DNA of 59,297 nucleotides from a virus (Duplodnaviria > Caudoviricetes). The translations under genes and the position numbers were made by a program. Shown piece by piece: positions 34,723-44,316 of this stretch (its first letter is position 1; each line of letters opens with the position of its first letter). The DNA is taken from positions 1-59,297 of IMG/VR virus record IMGVR_UViG_3300037313_002165; one strand, written 5' to 3'. The notes under the pieces were generated by a model, which saw only the letters and a program-made list of their open reading frames with translations, searched no databases and was not told the DNA's origin.

Positions 34723-34920
34723 ATGTGGCAATTCATCAAAGACCTCGTCAGCGGCACTGCCGCGTTTCTCCGGCTGAAGGAGAAGCGCCAGGAGCTGGAC
34801 AACACGCCCGAGATGCAGGCGAACGGACAGGCGCGCGTGACCGCCGACATCGAGGCCGATGCGACGAAAGCCGTCGCGGATGGCAACCTCGACGAAATCC
34901 GCAAACAAGCCGCCGAATGA
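34723..34920 (+). CDS. Putative i-spanin-like coiled-coil protein
   Basis: Amphipathic N-terminus plus coiled coil, coupled to a lipoprotein gene. Confidence 0.45.
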   Translation: MWQFIKDLVSGTAAFLRLKEKRQELDNTPEMQANGQARVTADIEADATKAVADGNLDEIRKQAAE

Positions 34921-35276
34921 ACTACCTCGCACTATGCTTGCTCGGGTTGTGCCTCGCCGGCTGCAACAGCACGATTGTCCCCCAAGCCATCGAGCCGAAG
35001 CAGGCTTCCTTCGACGGCAACGACCTGAACAGCGGCATCATCGGCCAGGACCCGGCGGGCCGTGGCTACATCATCACCGCCCACGCGCGTGAACGGTACA
35101 ACCTGCTCGTCGATGCCTACGGCCGCGATTTCACGCCGCCGCTCGCGCGCGATGCCGGAATCTCCGCGCTCGCCGATGGCACCGCCCTTATCGACCGCGA
35201 GCACCTCGTGAAATTCCTCGAGATGGCCCGATGGAAGAAGGCCAACCTCGCGCCGACCCATCTCCCGAAATCGTAA
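34917..35276 (+). CDS. Lipoprotein (o-spanin-like)
   Basis: LCLAG|C lipobox. Confidence 0.6.
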   Translation: MNYLALCLLGLCLAGCNSTIVPQAIEPKQASFDGNDLNSGIIGQDPAGRGYIITAHARERYNLLVDAYGRDFTPPLARDAGISALADGTALIDREHLVKFLEMARWKKANLAPTHLPKS

Positions 35277-35302
35277 ATCCAAAACCGTAAATCTCACCCG
35301 CC

Positions 35303-35743
35303 ATGGCCTCATTCAACAAATTCAACGCCTTCGTCGAGGCGCTCGCGCAGAAGAAAATCAATCTCAACGCCGACTCGTTGAAGATTATGCTCACCAATAC
35401 GGCGCCGGTTGCGACGAACTCCGTCAAGACCGACCTCACCGACATCTCCGCGGGCAACGGTTACACGGCCGGCGGCACTGCGATTGGCAGCAACGCCGCC
35501 ACGCAATCGAGCGGCACGCTCAAGCTCACCGGCAACGCCGTCACGTTCACCGCGAGCGGCGGCACCATCGGCGCGTTCCGCTACGCCGCGCTCTACGACG
35601 ATACCGCGACCAACAAGGATCTCATCGGCTGGTGGGACTACGGCTCCAGCATCACCCTCAACGACGGTGAGTCCTTCAAGGTTGCGAAAGACACCTCCGG
35701 CAACAACTGGGACAGCACGACGCCGATCCTCAGCCTCGCGTGA
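35303..35743 (+). CDS. Conserved virion structural protein (fibre-associated)
   Basis: LKIMLTN..ISAGNGYTAGG..VTFTASGG..RYAALYDDT..LIGWWDYG. Confidence 0.7.
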   Translation: MASFNKFNAFVEALAQKKINLNADSLKIMLTNTAPVATNSVKTDLTDISAGNGYTAGGTAIGSNAATQSSGTLKLTGNAVTFTASGGTIGAFRYAALYDDTATNKDLIGWWDYGSSITLNDGESFKVAKDTSGNNWDSTTPILSLA

Positions 35744-35850
35744 CGGAGATTTATCACGACCCGCATTTTATCGAGGTGCGTCCGGCTCCGCCCAAAACGG
35801 CGGAGCCGCCGCTAAAAGACCGCGCGCCGTTCGCGAAACTCATCCGCTAA
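35740..35850 (+). CDS. Possible 36-aa mini-ORF containing a 10-bp hairpin (35783-35808)
   Basis: GTGA overlap; stops 1 nt before the next ATG. Confidence 0.35.
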   Translation: MTEIYHDPHFIEVRPAPPKTAEPPLKDRAPFAKLIR

Positions 35851-35851
35851 A

Positions 35852-38056
35852 ATGGCCACCAGATTCTATTGCCGAAAGAATACCGAAACGGTGGCGATCT
35901 CACCGACGCCTGATTCGGGGTGGGAGGACATCTCTAACTTTGGTCGCGCCAAGGCGCGGACGGCCAAGGATGGCGATGCTTCAAATTCCTACCTTTTCAC
36001 CGATTCCGATACGACGAATAAGGATGTAATCGCGCGGCAATATATTTCCGACGCGCTGACCGCCGGACAGACGATTACGGGTGGCCAGACGATCAAGGCT
36101 CAGGTGAAGGCACTCGAGTCGTCGACGGCCAATAATATGTTTTTGGCCCTCGCCGTTCGGGTGATTGCCTCGGATGGCACCACGGTCAGGAAGAATTTGT
36201 TGTCAGGTGTCTTTCGTTCGTCCTCGACCGAGTTCACCACTTCGGTGGAGACGAATCGCAGTATAAACACCACCTCGGCGACGGGCAATTACACCACGGT
36301 CGCCGGAGACAGGCTTGTGATTGAGCTTGGCGCCGGAGGTGATCCCACCAACAGCGGTCAGCATAACTATCAGCTACGGTTGGGCACCGACCACGGAGCG
36401 TCCGATTTGGCGGAGGATGAAACATCGACCGCATTAGCTGACCCATGGGTTCAGCTCAACGACAGCCTGACCTTCACGGGCGGCGCGACCACGCTCGATG
36501 GCGCGAGCGGGTCATTCACGCTCACCGGCAACGCGGCGACCTTCCTTCGCGCGCTGCGCCTCGCCGGTGCGAGCGGCAGCTTTACCCTCACCGGCGATGC
36601 GGCGGGTTTGCTGCGTCGATACCTTGTCGCGAGCGCGAGCGGCAGTTTCGCCCTCACGGGCGGCGCAGCGACCTTCCTGCGTAACCGTCTCATTACCGGC
36701 GCGACCGGCTCGCTCGCGCTTACGGGCAATGCAGCCGGCCTGTTGCGGTCGCGGCTATTCCTCGGTGGCGCGGGTTCCTTCACGCTGACGGGCGGCGATG
36801 TTGCCCTCTTCAAGTTCTACCCGCTCGCCGGTGCGGCCGGCTCGTTTGCCCTTACCGGCAGCGCGGCGGCTTTCGTGCGCTCGCTTCTCCTGCCCGGCAG
36901 CGCAGGCAGTTTCACGCTGGCCGGCAACGCCGCCGCGGTATTGCGCTCGAGGCTTTTCGTCGGCGGCACCGGCGCGTTTGCCTTGACCGGTAGTTCATCG
37001 GCGGTCCTGCGCTCCTGGCTGCTGACCTCGGGCACCGGCAGCTTTGCCCTCACGGGCAACGCGGCCGCGGTTCTCCGCTCGCGTCTCTTCCTTGGCGGGT
37101 CGGGTGGGTTTGCCCTGACGGGCAATAGCGCCGCGGTATTCAAATTCTACCCACTCGTCGGCGCGACGGGAGGTTTAACCCTCACCGGCGGTTCTGCGGC
37201 TGTGCTGCGCGGCCTGCGGCTCGCGGGCGGCAGCGGCAGCTTCGCGCTGAGTGGCAACACGGCTGGGTTGTTGCGTTCGCGCCTGGTCGTGGCCGGAAGC
37301 AGCAGCTTCACGGTCAGCGGCGGCAGCGCCACGTTCGTCCGTACGCGCGTCGTTCCGGCGAGCACGGGCAGCTTCACGGTCACCGGTGGCATGGCCGAGC
37401 TTAATATCCTGGCCGCGGATCGCCTCGTGGGCGGCACGGGTACGTTCACGGTCACGGGCAGCGCGGCCGGCACGATTCGCTCGAGGCTGGTTCCAGCCGC
37501 GGCCGCCAGCTTCAGCGTCACGGGCAACGCGGCGACCTTCCTGCGTTCGCGCACCTTTGCCGCCGCAGCGGGTGGCTTCACGCTGACGGGCAGCGCCGGC
37601 TCGCTGCTGCGCTCGCGCCTGGTCCCGGCCGCGGCGGGCAACTTCAGCGTCACCGGCCGGAGCGCGACCTTCCTCCGCTCGCACACGTTCGCGGCGGATA
37701 GCGCGGCCTTCGTTTTCACGAGTGGCGCGACCTCGCTGCGGATTCCGCTGCGCACCATCAGCGTGGGCAGCGGTGCATTCGTCTTCACCGGCGGCAATGC
37801 CGAGCTGAGTGTCCATCTCCCGGTGACGAACCTCGCCGGGGAAACCGGCGTGTTCGCATGGGCGGGCGGTGCGGCCGGGCCCGTGCGATACCGGATGCCC
37901 GCCGCGCTCGATGCCACCTCTCCGACTCGCGCACGCGCCACCGACATGGTCCCCGCCGGTGCCACGCGCAACGCCACCGCTTCCCGCGCGCGCTCCACCG
38001 GCACGGCGCCGGCAGCCTCGACGCATGATGCCACCCTTATCGCCACCGCCTCATGA
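35852..38056 (+). CDS. Long repeat fibre protein
   Basis: About 21 copies of a ~22-aa GxxGSFxLTGxAAxxLRxRL repeat after a globular N-terminal domain. Confidence 0.75.
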   Translation: MATRFYCRKNTETVAISPTPDSGWEDISNFGRAKARTAKDGDASNSYLFTDSDTTNKDVIARQYISDALTAGQTITGGQTIKAQVKALESSTANNMFLALAVRVIASDGTTVRKNLLSGVFRSSSTEFTTSVETNRSINTTSATGNYTTVAGDRLVIELGAGGDPTNSGQHNYQLRLGTDHGASDLAEDETSTALADPWVQLNDSLTFTGGATTLDGASGSFTLTGNAATFLRALRLAGASGSFTLTGDAAGLLRRYLVASASGSFALTGGAATFLRNRLITGATGSLALTGNAAGLLRSRLFLGGAGSFTLTGGDVALFKFYPLAGAAGSFALTGSAAAFVRSLLLPGSAGSFTLAGNAAAVLRSRLFVGGTGAFALTGSSSAVLRSWLLTSGTGSFALTGNAAAVLRSRLFLGGSGGFALTGNSAAVFKFYPLVGATGGLTLTGGSAAVLRGLRLAGGSGSFALSGNTAGLLRSRLVVAGSSSFTVSGGSATFVRTRVVPASTGSFTVTGGMAELNILAADRLVGGTGTFTVTGSAAGTIRSRLVPAAAASFSVTGNAATFLRSRTFAAAAGGFTLTGSAGSLLRSRLVPAAAGNFSVTGRSATFLRSHTFAADSAAFVFTSGATSLRIPLRTISVGSGAFVFTGGNAELSVHLPVTNLAGETGVFAWAGGAAGPVRYRMPAALDATSPTRARATDMVPAGATRNATASRARSTGTAPAASTHDATLIATAS

Positions 38057-38373
38057 TTGAGCTAAAACAATACGACCTCGCTCGCCCCATCGAGCAGACG
38101 CTGCTGCTCGGGGCTTCCGCTATCAATCTCACGGGTACGACCGTCATCCTGCTTTTCCGCCAGCTCCCGAAGGGCGCGGTGCAGTCGCGCGCTGCAGAGA
38201 TCGTCGACGCCGCGGCGGGCCGCGTGCGTTACCAACCGGTCGCCGACGATGTAGCCGCTGACGGCAAATTCGAACTGGAGTGGCGCATCATCTATCCGGG
38301 CAACCTGCCGCTCACCGTGCCCACCAACGCGCGCGAGACGATGACGATTTTCCCCTCTCTCGCCGCGCCGTGA
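38053..38373 (+). CDS. BppU-N-like adaptor protein
   Basis: LKQYD..INLTG..DAAAGRVRY..D..G.F.LEW..TVP. Confidence 0.68.
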   Translation: MIELKQYDLARPIEQTLLLGASAINLTGTTVILLFRQLPKGAVQSRAAEIVDAAAGRVRYQPVADDVAADGKFELEWRIIYPGNLPLTVPTNARETMTIFPSLAAP

Positions 38374-38386
38374 CCAATTTTCACCC

Positions 38387-38788
38387 ATGACACCCAACGC
38401 TCTTCTCTACGGCGGCACGACCGTCTCGTGCACTCTCCGCGACGGCTCGACCGTCTCGGTCAAGCTGCGCCTCATCAAAATCAGCGAGATTCCAGCTTAT
38501 CTCGACGTCTCCCTCGACGATGCGAAGGCGCTCGTTTTCTGCGTCGAATCGCCCACGCCGTTCGACCCGGACGCCCTGACCGACGATAGCTTTCTCGCGC
38601 TCGCCGCCGCGAACACCGAACTAAATTTTTCGAGGGCGCTGGCCATGAGCGACCAGCGCCTGAAAAGAGCGGAAAGCAACGGAGTCGGCCTCGCTCAACT
38701 CGCGGTCAATCTCGCATCAGTTTTGAATCGTTACTCGCCCAAGTCGCCCTCGCCGGAGGCTACACCCGCGAGCAACTCCTCGACATGA
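38387..38788 (+). CDS. Tail assembly chaperone (gpG-like)
   Basis: Upstream of the TMP; contains slippery heptamer A AAT TTT at 38623-38629. Confidence 0.75.
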   Translation: MTPNALLYGGTTVSCTLRDGSTVSVKLRLIKISEIPAYLDVSLDDAKALVFCVESPTPFDPDALTDDSFLALAAANTELNFSRALAMSDQRLKRAESNGVGLAQLAVNLASVLNRYSPKSPSPEATPASNSST

Positions 38789-38964
38789 CGCTCCCGTGGG
38801 CCCGGCACCTCTGGCGCGAACATCAGCGGGATAACGCCCGCGCCGAACTCGCCGCGCTCAACGCCGCCGCCCTTGGCAGTGCCGCGAAGTACGGCGGCGG
38901 CTCCGGCCGCTCCTACCGCAAGCGCGCCCAAGACCTCATCCAGATTATCGAAAAGCAAGACTGA
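38629..38964 (+). CDS. gpGT-like -1 frameshift extension
   Basis: -1 frame open from the slippery site to TGA 38964: ...AGGYTREQLLDMTLPWARHLW... Confidence 0.75.
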   Translation, partial: FEGAGHERPAPEKSGKQRSRPRSTRGQSRISFESLLAQVALAGGYTREQLLDMTLPWARHLWREHQRDNARAELAALNAAALGSAAKYGGGSGRSYRKRAQDLIQIIEKQD

Positions 38965-39172
38965 CCGCCCAAACGACCGCGAACAGCGCCACCACGATAA
39001 TCGCCAGCACGAAACTCGCGCCCAACCCGATGCTCACCGCCACACCCGCCGCCAACCCGCCGCCCGCCAACGCCAGTGGCAGCCGCGGATTCGCCCGCTG
39101 CTTCCAGGCGCCCCACAGCGCGAAGAGCGCGAGCGGTACGAGTGGCGCAAAAATCATCAGGTCAGACTTCAC
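38945..39172 (-). CDS. Small membrane protein (antisense moron)
   Basis: 75 aa with 2-3 TM segments; fills the gap between chaperone and TMP. Confidence 0.6.
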   Translation of the reverse strand: MKSDLMIFAPLVPLALFALWGAWKQRANPRLPLALAGGGLAAGVAVSIGLGASFVLAIIVVALFAVVWAVSLAFR

Positions 39173-39235
39173 GCGTTGACCTTACGCCCAATTGGCACCG
39201 GCGCAAATTAGAAACCGAGCCCTCTCTTTCCAACC

Positions 39236-42004
39236 ATGAGCCAGACAGCGCAGGTTAAAGTCGAACTCACCAGCGAGGCGAAGCTCGCGGCGATTGAGGA
39301 CTATTCACGGCGCACGGCCGAGGCGACCGAGCGCACGTCGAAGCTGCGCGGCGAGATGTCGAAGCTCGGCGAGATGGGCAAACTCGGCGCGGTGTTCGGC
39401 GCGGCCGGGCTTACGGTCGAAGCGCTTTCCGAGCGCTTCAACGAAGCGAAATCCGCGGCCGCGGTGATGGCGCAGGAGATTGCGCGCGCGTCCGGGCGCG
39501 TGGGTGTTTCCGCCGAAGCGTATCAGGTCCTCGGCATCACACTGAAGAATGCGGGTGGCGATGCCGCCGATCTCACCGTCGCACTCGGCCATCTGCGCAG
39601 CTCGCTCGGCGAGGCCATCAAGGATACCGATAGCGGTCCGGCCAAGGCGCTGCGCCAGCTCGGCATATCGGCTGCCGACCTGTCGAAACTTCGGCCCGAA
39701 CAGTCGCTCGAAAAACTTTCGAAGGCGCTCGATGCGATTGAAAATCCGGCGGTCCGCGCCTCGCTCGCGCAAGACCTGCTCGGGCGGGGCGCATCGACTG
39801 TCACTCCCATCCTCGACCGTCTGGCGACCGATGGCTACGGCAATCTCCGGGAAGAGATCTCGCGCACGGCCGGCATCATGTCGGGCGAGATGGCGCAGGC
39901 GCTCGATGAAACAGCCAGGCGCACGGAAGACGCCGGCCATCGGATGGCCGTGGCGTTCGCGCCGTTTCAACTGCGCGCCGCCGAGACGAAGGCGAGCATC
40001 GCCGAACTCTTTGCCGAAATCGCCGGCTCGCCGATTAGCAAGGTTGCCGGTGGCGTTGCGATCGGCGGCCTCGTCGCAGGTGGTGCTACCGCGGCGGCCG
40101 CCGCCGCTGGCGGCCTCGGCAGTGCATCCGCATGGGGCATCGTCGCCGGCGCGATGGTCGCCAAAGCGGCCGCGACCGCCGCACCGGCCTGGATGGGTAT
40201 CGGCCTGCTCATCGCCGCCGGTTTCGCCGGCGCTGCAGTGGTCAAAGGCATGGAACAAAAGGCGCTCGCCGAGCAGGAGTTGCGCGCGGATTTCCTCAAC
40301 CAGCCGATCGATCGGGCCAACAAGCTTCGCACCCAGCTTCAGGAGGTACGCGACCCCGAAATGGCCGCTCGTATTCAGCAGGAGGCTGCGCGCCGGGCCC
40401 GGATTACGTTCCAGCAGGCGGGAGAGACGCCCGACGCCGAAATGAAGGCCAATCTCGAAGTCGCCTCGCGCATTTACAGCAGCATCGCGAAATCCGCGCG
40501 CGAGCAAAGTCAGGCCATCGCGGCGGGCAACAAGCTGCTCGATGCCAATCTCGCCAGTCAGCGCGAGGCCGAAGAAACCGCGGCCGCGCTCGCCGCGCGC
40601 GACAAAGAGGCCTACGACTGGACCCGCAAGGAAGGCGAGGCGATGGCGAAGCAGACCGAGGAGGCGCAGCGCCGGCTCGACCTCTCCCGGCTCGACCCTG
40701 AGCAGCGCCGCCTCTTCCTCGAGACCGAGCGCACCGACCTGTTGCAGAAGCAGGCCGACTTTCAGGGCACCGCCTATGAAAAGGAAAAGCTCGGCATCGA
40801 GACCGCCGCGAAGCTTGTCGCCATCAATACCGAGCTCGAAGCCACGGGGAAGGAAATCGCGGCCAACAACGAGAAGTCGGCCAAGGCCAAGGCCGATGAA
40901 GCCGAAGCCGCCCAAAAAGGCTACGAGTGGCAGCTCAAGCAGCGCCTGCTGCAACAGGAAGCGGGCATCGATAAAGACGTGCGCGACATGGCTGGTCAGA
41001 ATGCACGCAATCAGGCCGACTTTCGCCTGACGGCCGAGGAGAAGCGCAAGCTCAATATCGCGGCGCTCGAAGCCGAGCGCGATTATCTGACCGGTTCGGC
41101 CAAAGACCTCCGGAAGAACGGTGGCGACGAGGAGAACCGGCGCGCCCAGCAATACGAAGATCGGGCCCTCGACCTCACCAAACAAATCGAGACCGAGAAG
41201 GCCGGCACCCCGCAGACCGCGATGGAAGGCCTCGAGGCGGGCCTGACCAAAATTCAGGACCGCTGGGGTACGCTCTCGCAACAAATCTCCAGTGGGGTGC
41301 AGAGCATTGGCGACGCCATCACCGGCTCGCTTGCCGGCGGCATGGAGCAGCTTCTCGGCACCACCGAGTACTGGTCGAAGCAACTCGGCAGCATCGCCGG
41401 CCCCATCATGGGCGCCGTCACGCAGGCGATTTCGAAAATGTTCGCCGAATGGATTGTCGGTCGCGCGGCCGCGGCGGTGAAAAACATCCTCTTCTCCACC
41501 CAAGAAGGCGAGGCCGACACCGCGGCGAAAGCCCCGGGCGCAATGTTCAGCAGCATTTCATCCTTCGGCGTGGCCGCCGCGCTCGGCATCGCCGGCTTCC
41601 TCGCCGCGAAAGCCCTCACCGGCGGATTCTTCGAGGGTGGTTTCACCGGCCTCGGCAACCCGCGCGACCCCGCCGGCGTGGTCCACCGCGGCGAGTTCGT
41701 CATCCCGCACGATGTCACAAAGATGGTCGGCCCCGGCGCGCTCGCGTCGCTCGTCGAATCCGTCCGCAACCCGAGCCAGTCATTTGAAGTCCCCGCCGCG
41801 CTTGCGCCGCAGATGGTCAGCGTTCCGGCGCAATCCGCCGGACAGAAATCCGAAGACGATGCGTGGGTGCCAAAGGAGCGGACCCTCTTCGTCGATCATC
41901 GCGACCAGGACATGATTGACCGCCTCACCTCCGACCCGCGTTTCACCACGAAGGTTCGCCACATCGGCCGCAACAATCCCGGCGATTTCGGCAGCGCCAC
42001 CTGA
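39236..42004 (+). CDS. Tape measure protein
   Basis: 922 aa, Ala-rich and helical; GGFTG..PAGVVHRGEFVIP. Confidence 0.92.
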   Translation: MSQTAQVKVELTSEAKLAAIEDYSRRTAEATERTSKLRGEMSKLGEMGKLGAVFGAAGLTVEALSERFNEAKSAAAVMAQEIARASGRVGVSAEAYQVLGITLKNAGGDAADLTVALGHLRSSLGEAIKDTDSGPAKALRQLGISAADLSKLRPEQSLEKLSKALDAIENPAVRASLAQDLLGRGASTVTPILDRLATDGYGNLREEISRTAGIMSGEMAQALDETARRTEDAGHRMAVAFAPFQLRAAETKASIAELFAEIAGSPISKVAGGVAIGGLVAGGATAAAAAAGGLGSASAWGIVAGAMVAKAAATAAPAWMGIGLLIAAGFAGAAVVKGMEQKALAEQELRADFLNQPIDRANKLRTQLQEVRDPEMAARIQQEAARRARITFQQAGETPDAEMKANLEVASRIYSSIAKSAREQSQAIAAGNKLLDANLASQREAEETAAALAARDKEAYDWTRKEGEAMAKQTEEAQRRLDLSRLDPEQRRLFLETERTDLLQKQADFQGTAYEKEKLGIETAAKLVAINTELEATGKEIAANNEKSAKAKADEAEAAQKGYEWQLKQRLLQQEAGIDKDVRDMAGQNARNQADFRLTAEEKRKLNIAALEAERDYLTGSAKDLRKNGGDEENRRAQQYEDRALDLTKQIETEKAGTPQTAMEGLEAGLTKIQDRWGTLSQQISSGVQSIGDAITGSLAGGMEQLLGTTEYWSKQLGSIAGPIMGAVTQAISKMFAEWIVGRAAAAVKNILFSTQEGEADTAAKAPGAMFSSISSFGVAAALGIAGFLAAKALTGGFFEGGFTGLGNPRDPAGVVHRGEFVIPHDVTKMVGPGALASLVESVRNPSQSFEVPAALAPQMVSVPAQSAGQKSEDDAWVPKERTLFVDHRDQDMIDRLTSDPRFTTKVRHIGRNNPGDFGSAT

Positions 42005-42010
42005 ACTGAC

Positions 42011-43774
42011 ATGCCCGTCCTCTCGCTCAGCTCAGACGGTCTCGATATCGCGGTCCTCGCCTTTCCGCACGAGTGGTCCGCCGCGCTCGCGCTGTCGCAT
42101 CGCCTGCCTTCAACCGTCACCTCCGGTCTGAGCGGCCGCGAAGCCAGGCGCCCGCGGGCCGAGGATCTCCGGCTCGTCGCCGGCATCCATCTCGTGCTGG
42201 CCGGGGCTGACGCGCAGGAATGCCGCCAGATGCTCGCCACGCTCTCCGATGGCTGGGTCGGCCTGCCTCTCTGGTGCGATGCCCATGCAGGAGCAGATTG
42301 GGCCAGCCGCATCTACGACGCGCAGCGGCTCATCGACCTCACCGTCGGAGCAATCATCCCGTCCGACGCCACGCTCGACGACGAGCACATCTACGCGCCG
42401 CTGCTCGTCGGCCATTTCGAGGGCGAGCTTCCGGCGCTTTCCGCTGAATCAGACCAGCTCGTCGATTTCTCGTTTACCATTTTCGAAGATTCGCCGTGGG
42501 AGTTTCGCATCGGTATTGCCGGCGCCGCGGGTGTGGCTGGCACGTTCCCCGCCGCGCTCGCTCCCGATTGGGCCGAGCAGACTGAGCAGCAGCCGAACTA
42601 CGGTCTCGAGTTCGGGCAAATCGGCGATCAGCGCGAGCGCACCATCGAGGGGCAGGAGAGGGCGTTTCGCTGGGCGCAATCCGCCGGGTTCAGCCTGGCT
42701 CGCGCGGAACTCCGCACCCTTCTCGCCTTCTTTGTAGCCTCGGAAGGCATGCGGCGGAAATTCACGTCACCGCTCTGGCTTGCGCCCGGCGACCCCACGG
42801 CCGAGGCGCCGCACTCCACGACCTGCCGCTTTGCCAGCGACATCCTTGCCGTCTCCTACCAGTCGCCGGATGTCGCGACGTGCAAGATCGATGTCGCGCA
42901 AATCCCGTGGGAAATCGAAGGCGTCGAAGACGAAACTCCGGAGCAGCCGCCACCGGTTTATTTCTACAAATTCGAGTACAAGCTCGCGGCCTCGCAGTTC
43001 TACCGATTCACCAACTGGGCCCGGCCGCTCGCCCGCACCGCCGATGGCACCTACGTGCCGGCGCCGATGAAGCACCAGCAGGTCTCCGAGTCGCTCGATG
43101 GTCGCGGCAATTCCATCGCGCTCGACTCCTTCAACTTCGCGGGCAACCCGCTCCAGCTCTGGCGCCCTGACATCATCGAGGCTCCGCTCCTGCTCACGGT
43201 GTACGAGACCGAATCCTGGCCGGTCGACCCCGATGCCGCGGTCATCATCTGGCAGGGAGAAATCAAGCGCCCGCGCTATGACGGGAAGAAAATCGAAGCG
43301 CCCGGCCTGTTCCTGCGCGGCTTTCTCGACCGGCAGATTCCGCGCGTGCTCGCCTCGCGCGAGTGCCAGGTGGAAATCTACTCCACGCCATGCGGCCTCA
43401 ACCGGGCGACCTTTGCCAAGGCCGGCACCTTCACCAGCGCCGCCGGGTGCGTCCTCGATATCGCGACCGCCGCGACCGATGCCGCCGACACGTTCGTCTA
43501 CGGCACGATTGAACTAGGCTCCGGGCTCGCCTGGGAGCAGCGCGGCATCGTCGCAAGTACGCCCATCACCGGTGGCCAGCGCATCACTGTCGATTGGCCA
43601 GTCCGACAGGCTGCCACTGGTCAGGCCGTGTCCTTCGCCCGCGGCTGTAACCGCGATTGGGATACCTGCGGCGCGCTGGGCAATCAGGGCCGGTTCCGCG
43701 GCATCCCGCATATGCCACAAGTCAATCTCGCTCTGCCCACCATGGCGCTGCCGACCGCGCCAGCCAAAAAATGA
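42011..43774 (+). CDS. Distal tail / baseplate hub fusion (DUF2460-like + DUF2163/BR0599-like)
   Basis: SGREAR; YRFTN; C..Y...CG; GCNRDWDTC..N..RFRGIPH. Confidence 0.75.
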   Translation: MPVLSLSSDGLDIAVLAFPHEWSAALALSHRLPSTVTSGLSGREARRPRAEDLRLVAGIHLVLAGADAQECRQMLATLSDGWVGLPLWCDAHAGADWASRIYDAQRLIDLTVGAIIPSDATLDDEHIYAPLLVGHFEGELPALSAESDQLVDFSFTIFEDSPWEFRIGIAGAAGVAGTFPAALAPDWAEQTEQQPNYGLEFGQIGDQRERTIEGQERAFRWAQSAGFSLARAELRTLLAFFVASEGMRRKFTSPLWLAPGDPTAEAPHSTTCRFASDILAVSYQSPDVATCKIDVAQIPWEIEGVEDETPEQPPPVYFYKFEYKLAASQFYRFTNWARPLARTADGTYVPAPMKHQQVSESLDGRGNSIALDSFNFAGNPLQLWRPDIIEAPLLLTVYETESWPVDPDAAVIIWQGEIKRPRYDGKKIEAPGLFLRGFLDRQIPRVLASRECQVEIYSTPCGLNRATFAKAGTFTSAAGCVLDIATAATDAADTFVYGTIELGSGLAWEQRGIVASTPITGGQRITVDWPVRQAATGQAVSFARGCNRDWDTCGALGNQGRFRGIPHMPQVNLALPTMALPTAPAKK

Positions 43775-44316
43775 CATCTCCTGCTCTCAGTTCTCAGACA
43801 CCAGCTATCGAATCGGCCGCCGTGCCGACGTGGTTCGACACGGCCGAACGGCGCTCGCTGCTCATGCAGGTCGCGCGCCTGTGGGATGGCACACCGTTCT
43901 TCGCCAACTCGTGCGCGCCCGGCCGCGATGGCGGCGTCGATTGCGTGAACCTGCTCAACGCCATCTATTCGACCTGTGGCTGCATCCCGCGCCAGCGCAT
44001 CCCGCGGCACGCGATGGATGCCAGCCACCACGACCGCGTCCGCAGTCCGCTCATCGAGGCGTTCGAGACCTGGCCCGACCTCGCGGAGCGCTTCGGCCGG
44101 CTGACCGACCTATCGCCTGATGCTCTTCTTCCCGGCGATGCGCTCTGCTTCCGTAACGGGCATGTGCCGTACCACGGCGCCGTGATGCTCATCGCCGGGG
44201 AGATTCTTCACGTCATCAACACGCCCGTCGGCGTCCACCGGATGCAGCTCCGCGCGACCATCCGGGGTCACAAGATTCTCGGCCGGCTCGAAGCGGTTTT
44301 CCGCCCGCACCCATGA
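43771..44316 (+). CDS. NlpC/P60 tail-associated peptidase
   Basis: ARLWDGTPF..GVDC..PGD..HGAV..ILH. Confidence 0.88.
   Translation: MTSPALSSQTPAIESAAVPTWFDTAERRSLLMQVARLWDGTPFFANSCAPGRDGGVDCVNLLNAIYSTCGCIPRQRIPRHAMDASHHDRVRSPLIEAFETWPDLAERFGRLTDLSPDALLPGDALCFRNGHVPYHGAVMLIAGEILHVINTPVGVHRMQLRATIRGHKILGRLEAVFRPHP

Noticed and set aside
39305-41503. Long antisense ORFs (also 26075..27550, 18421..19851, 23766..24992, 13087..14286)
   Set aside because: Shadow frames of GC-rich genes, with no motifs, fully opposite well-supported genes.
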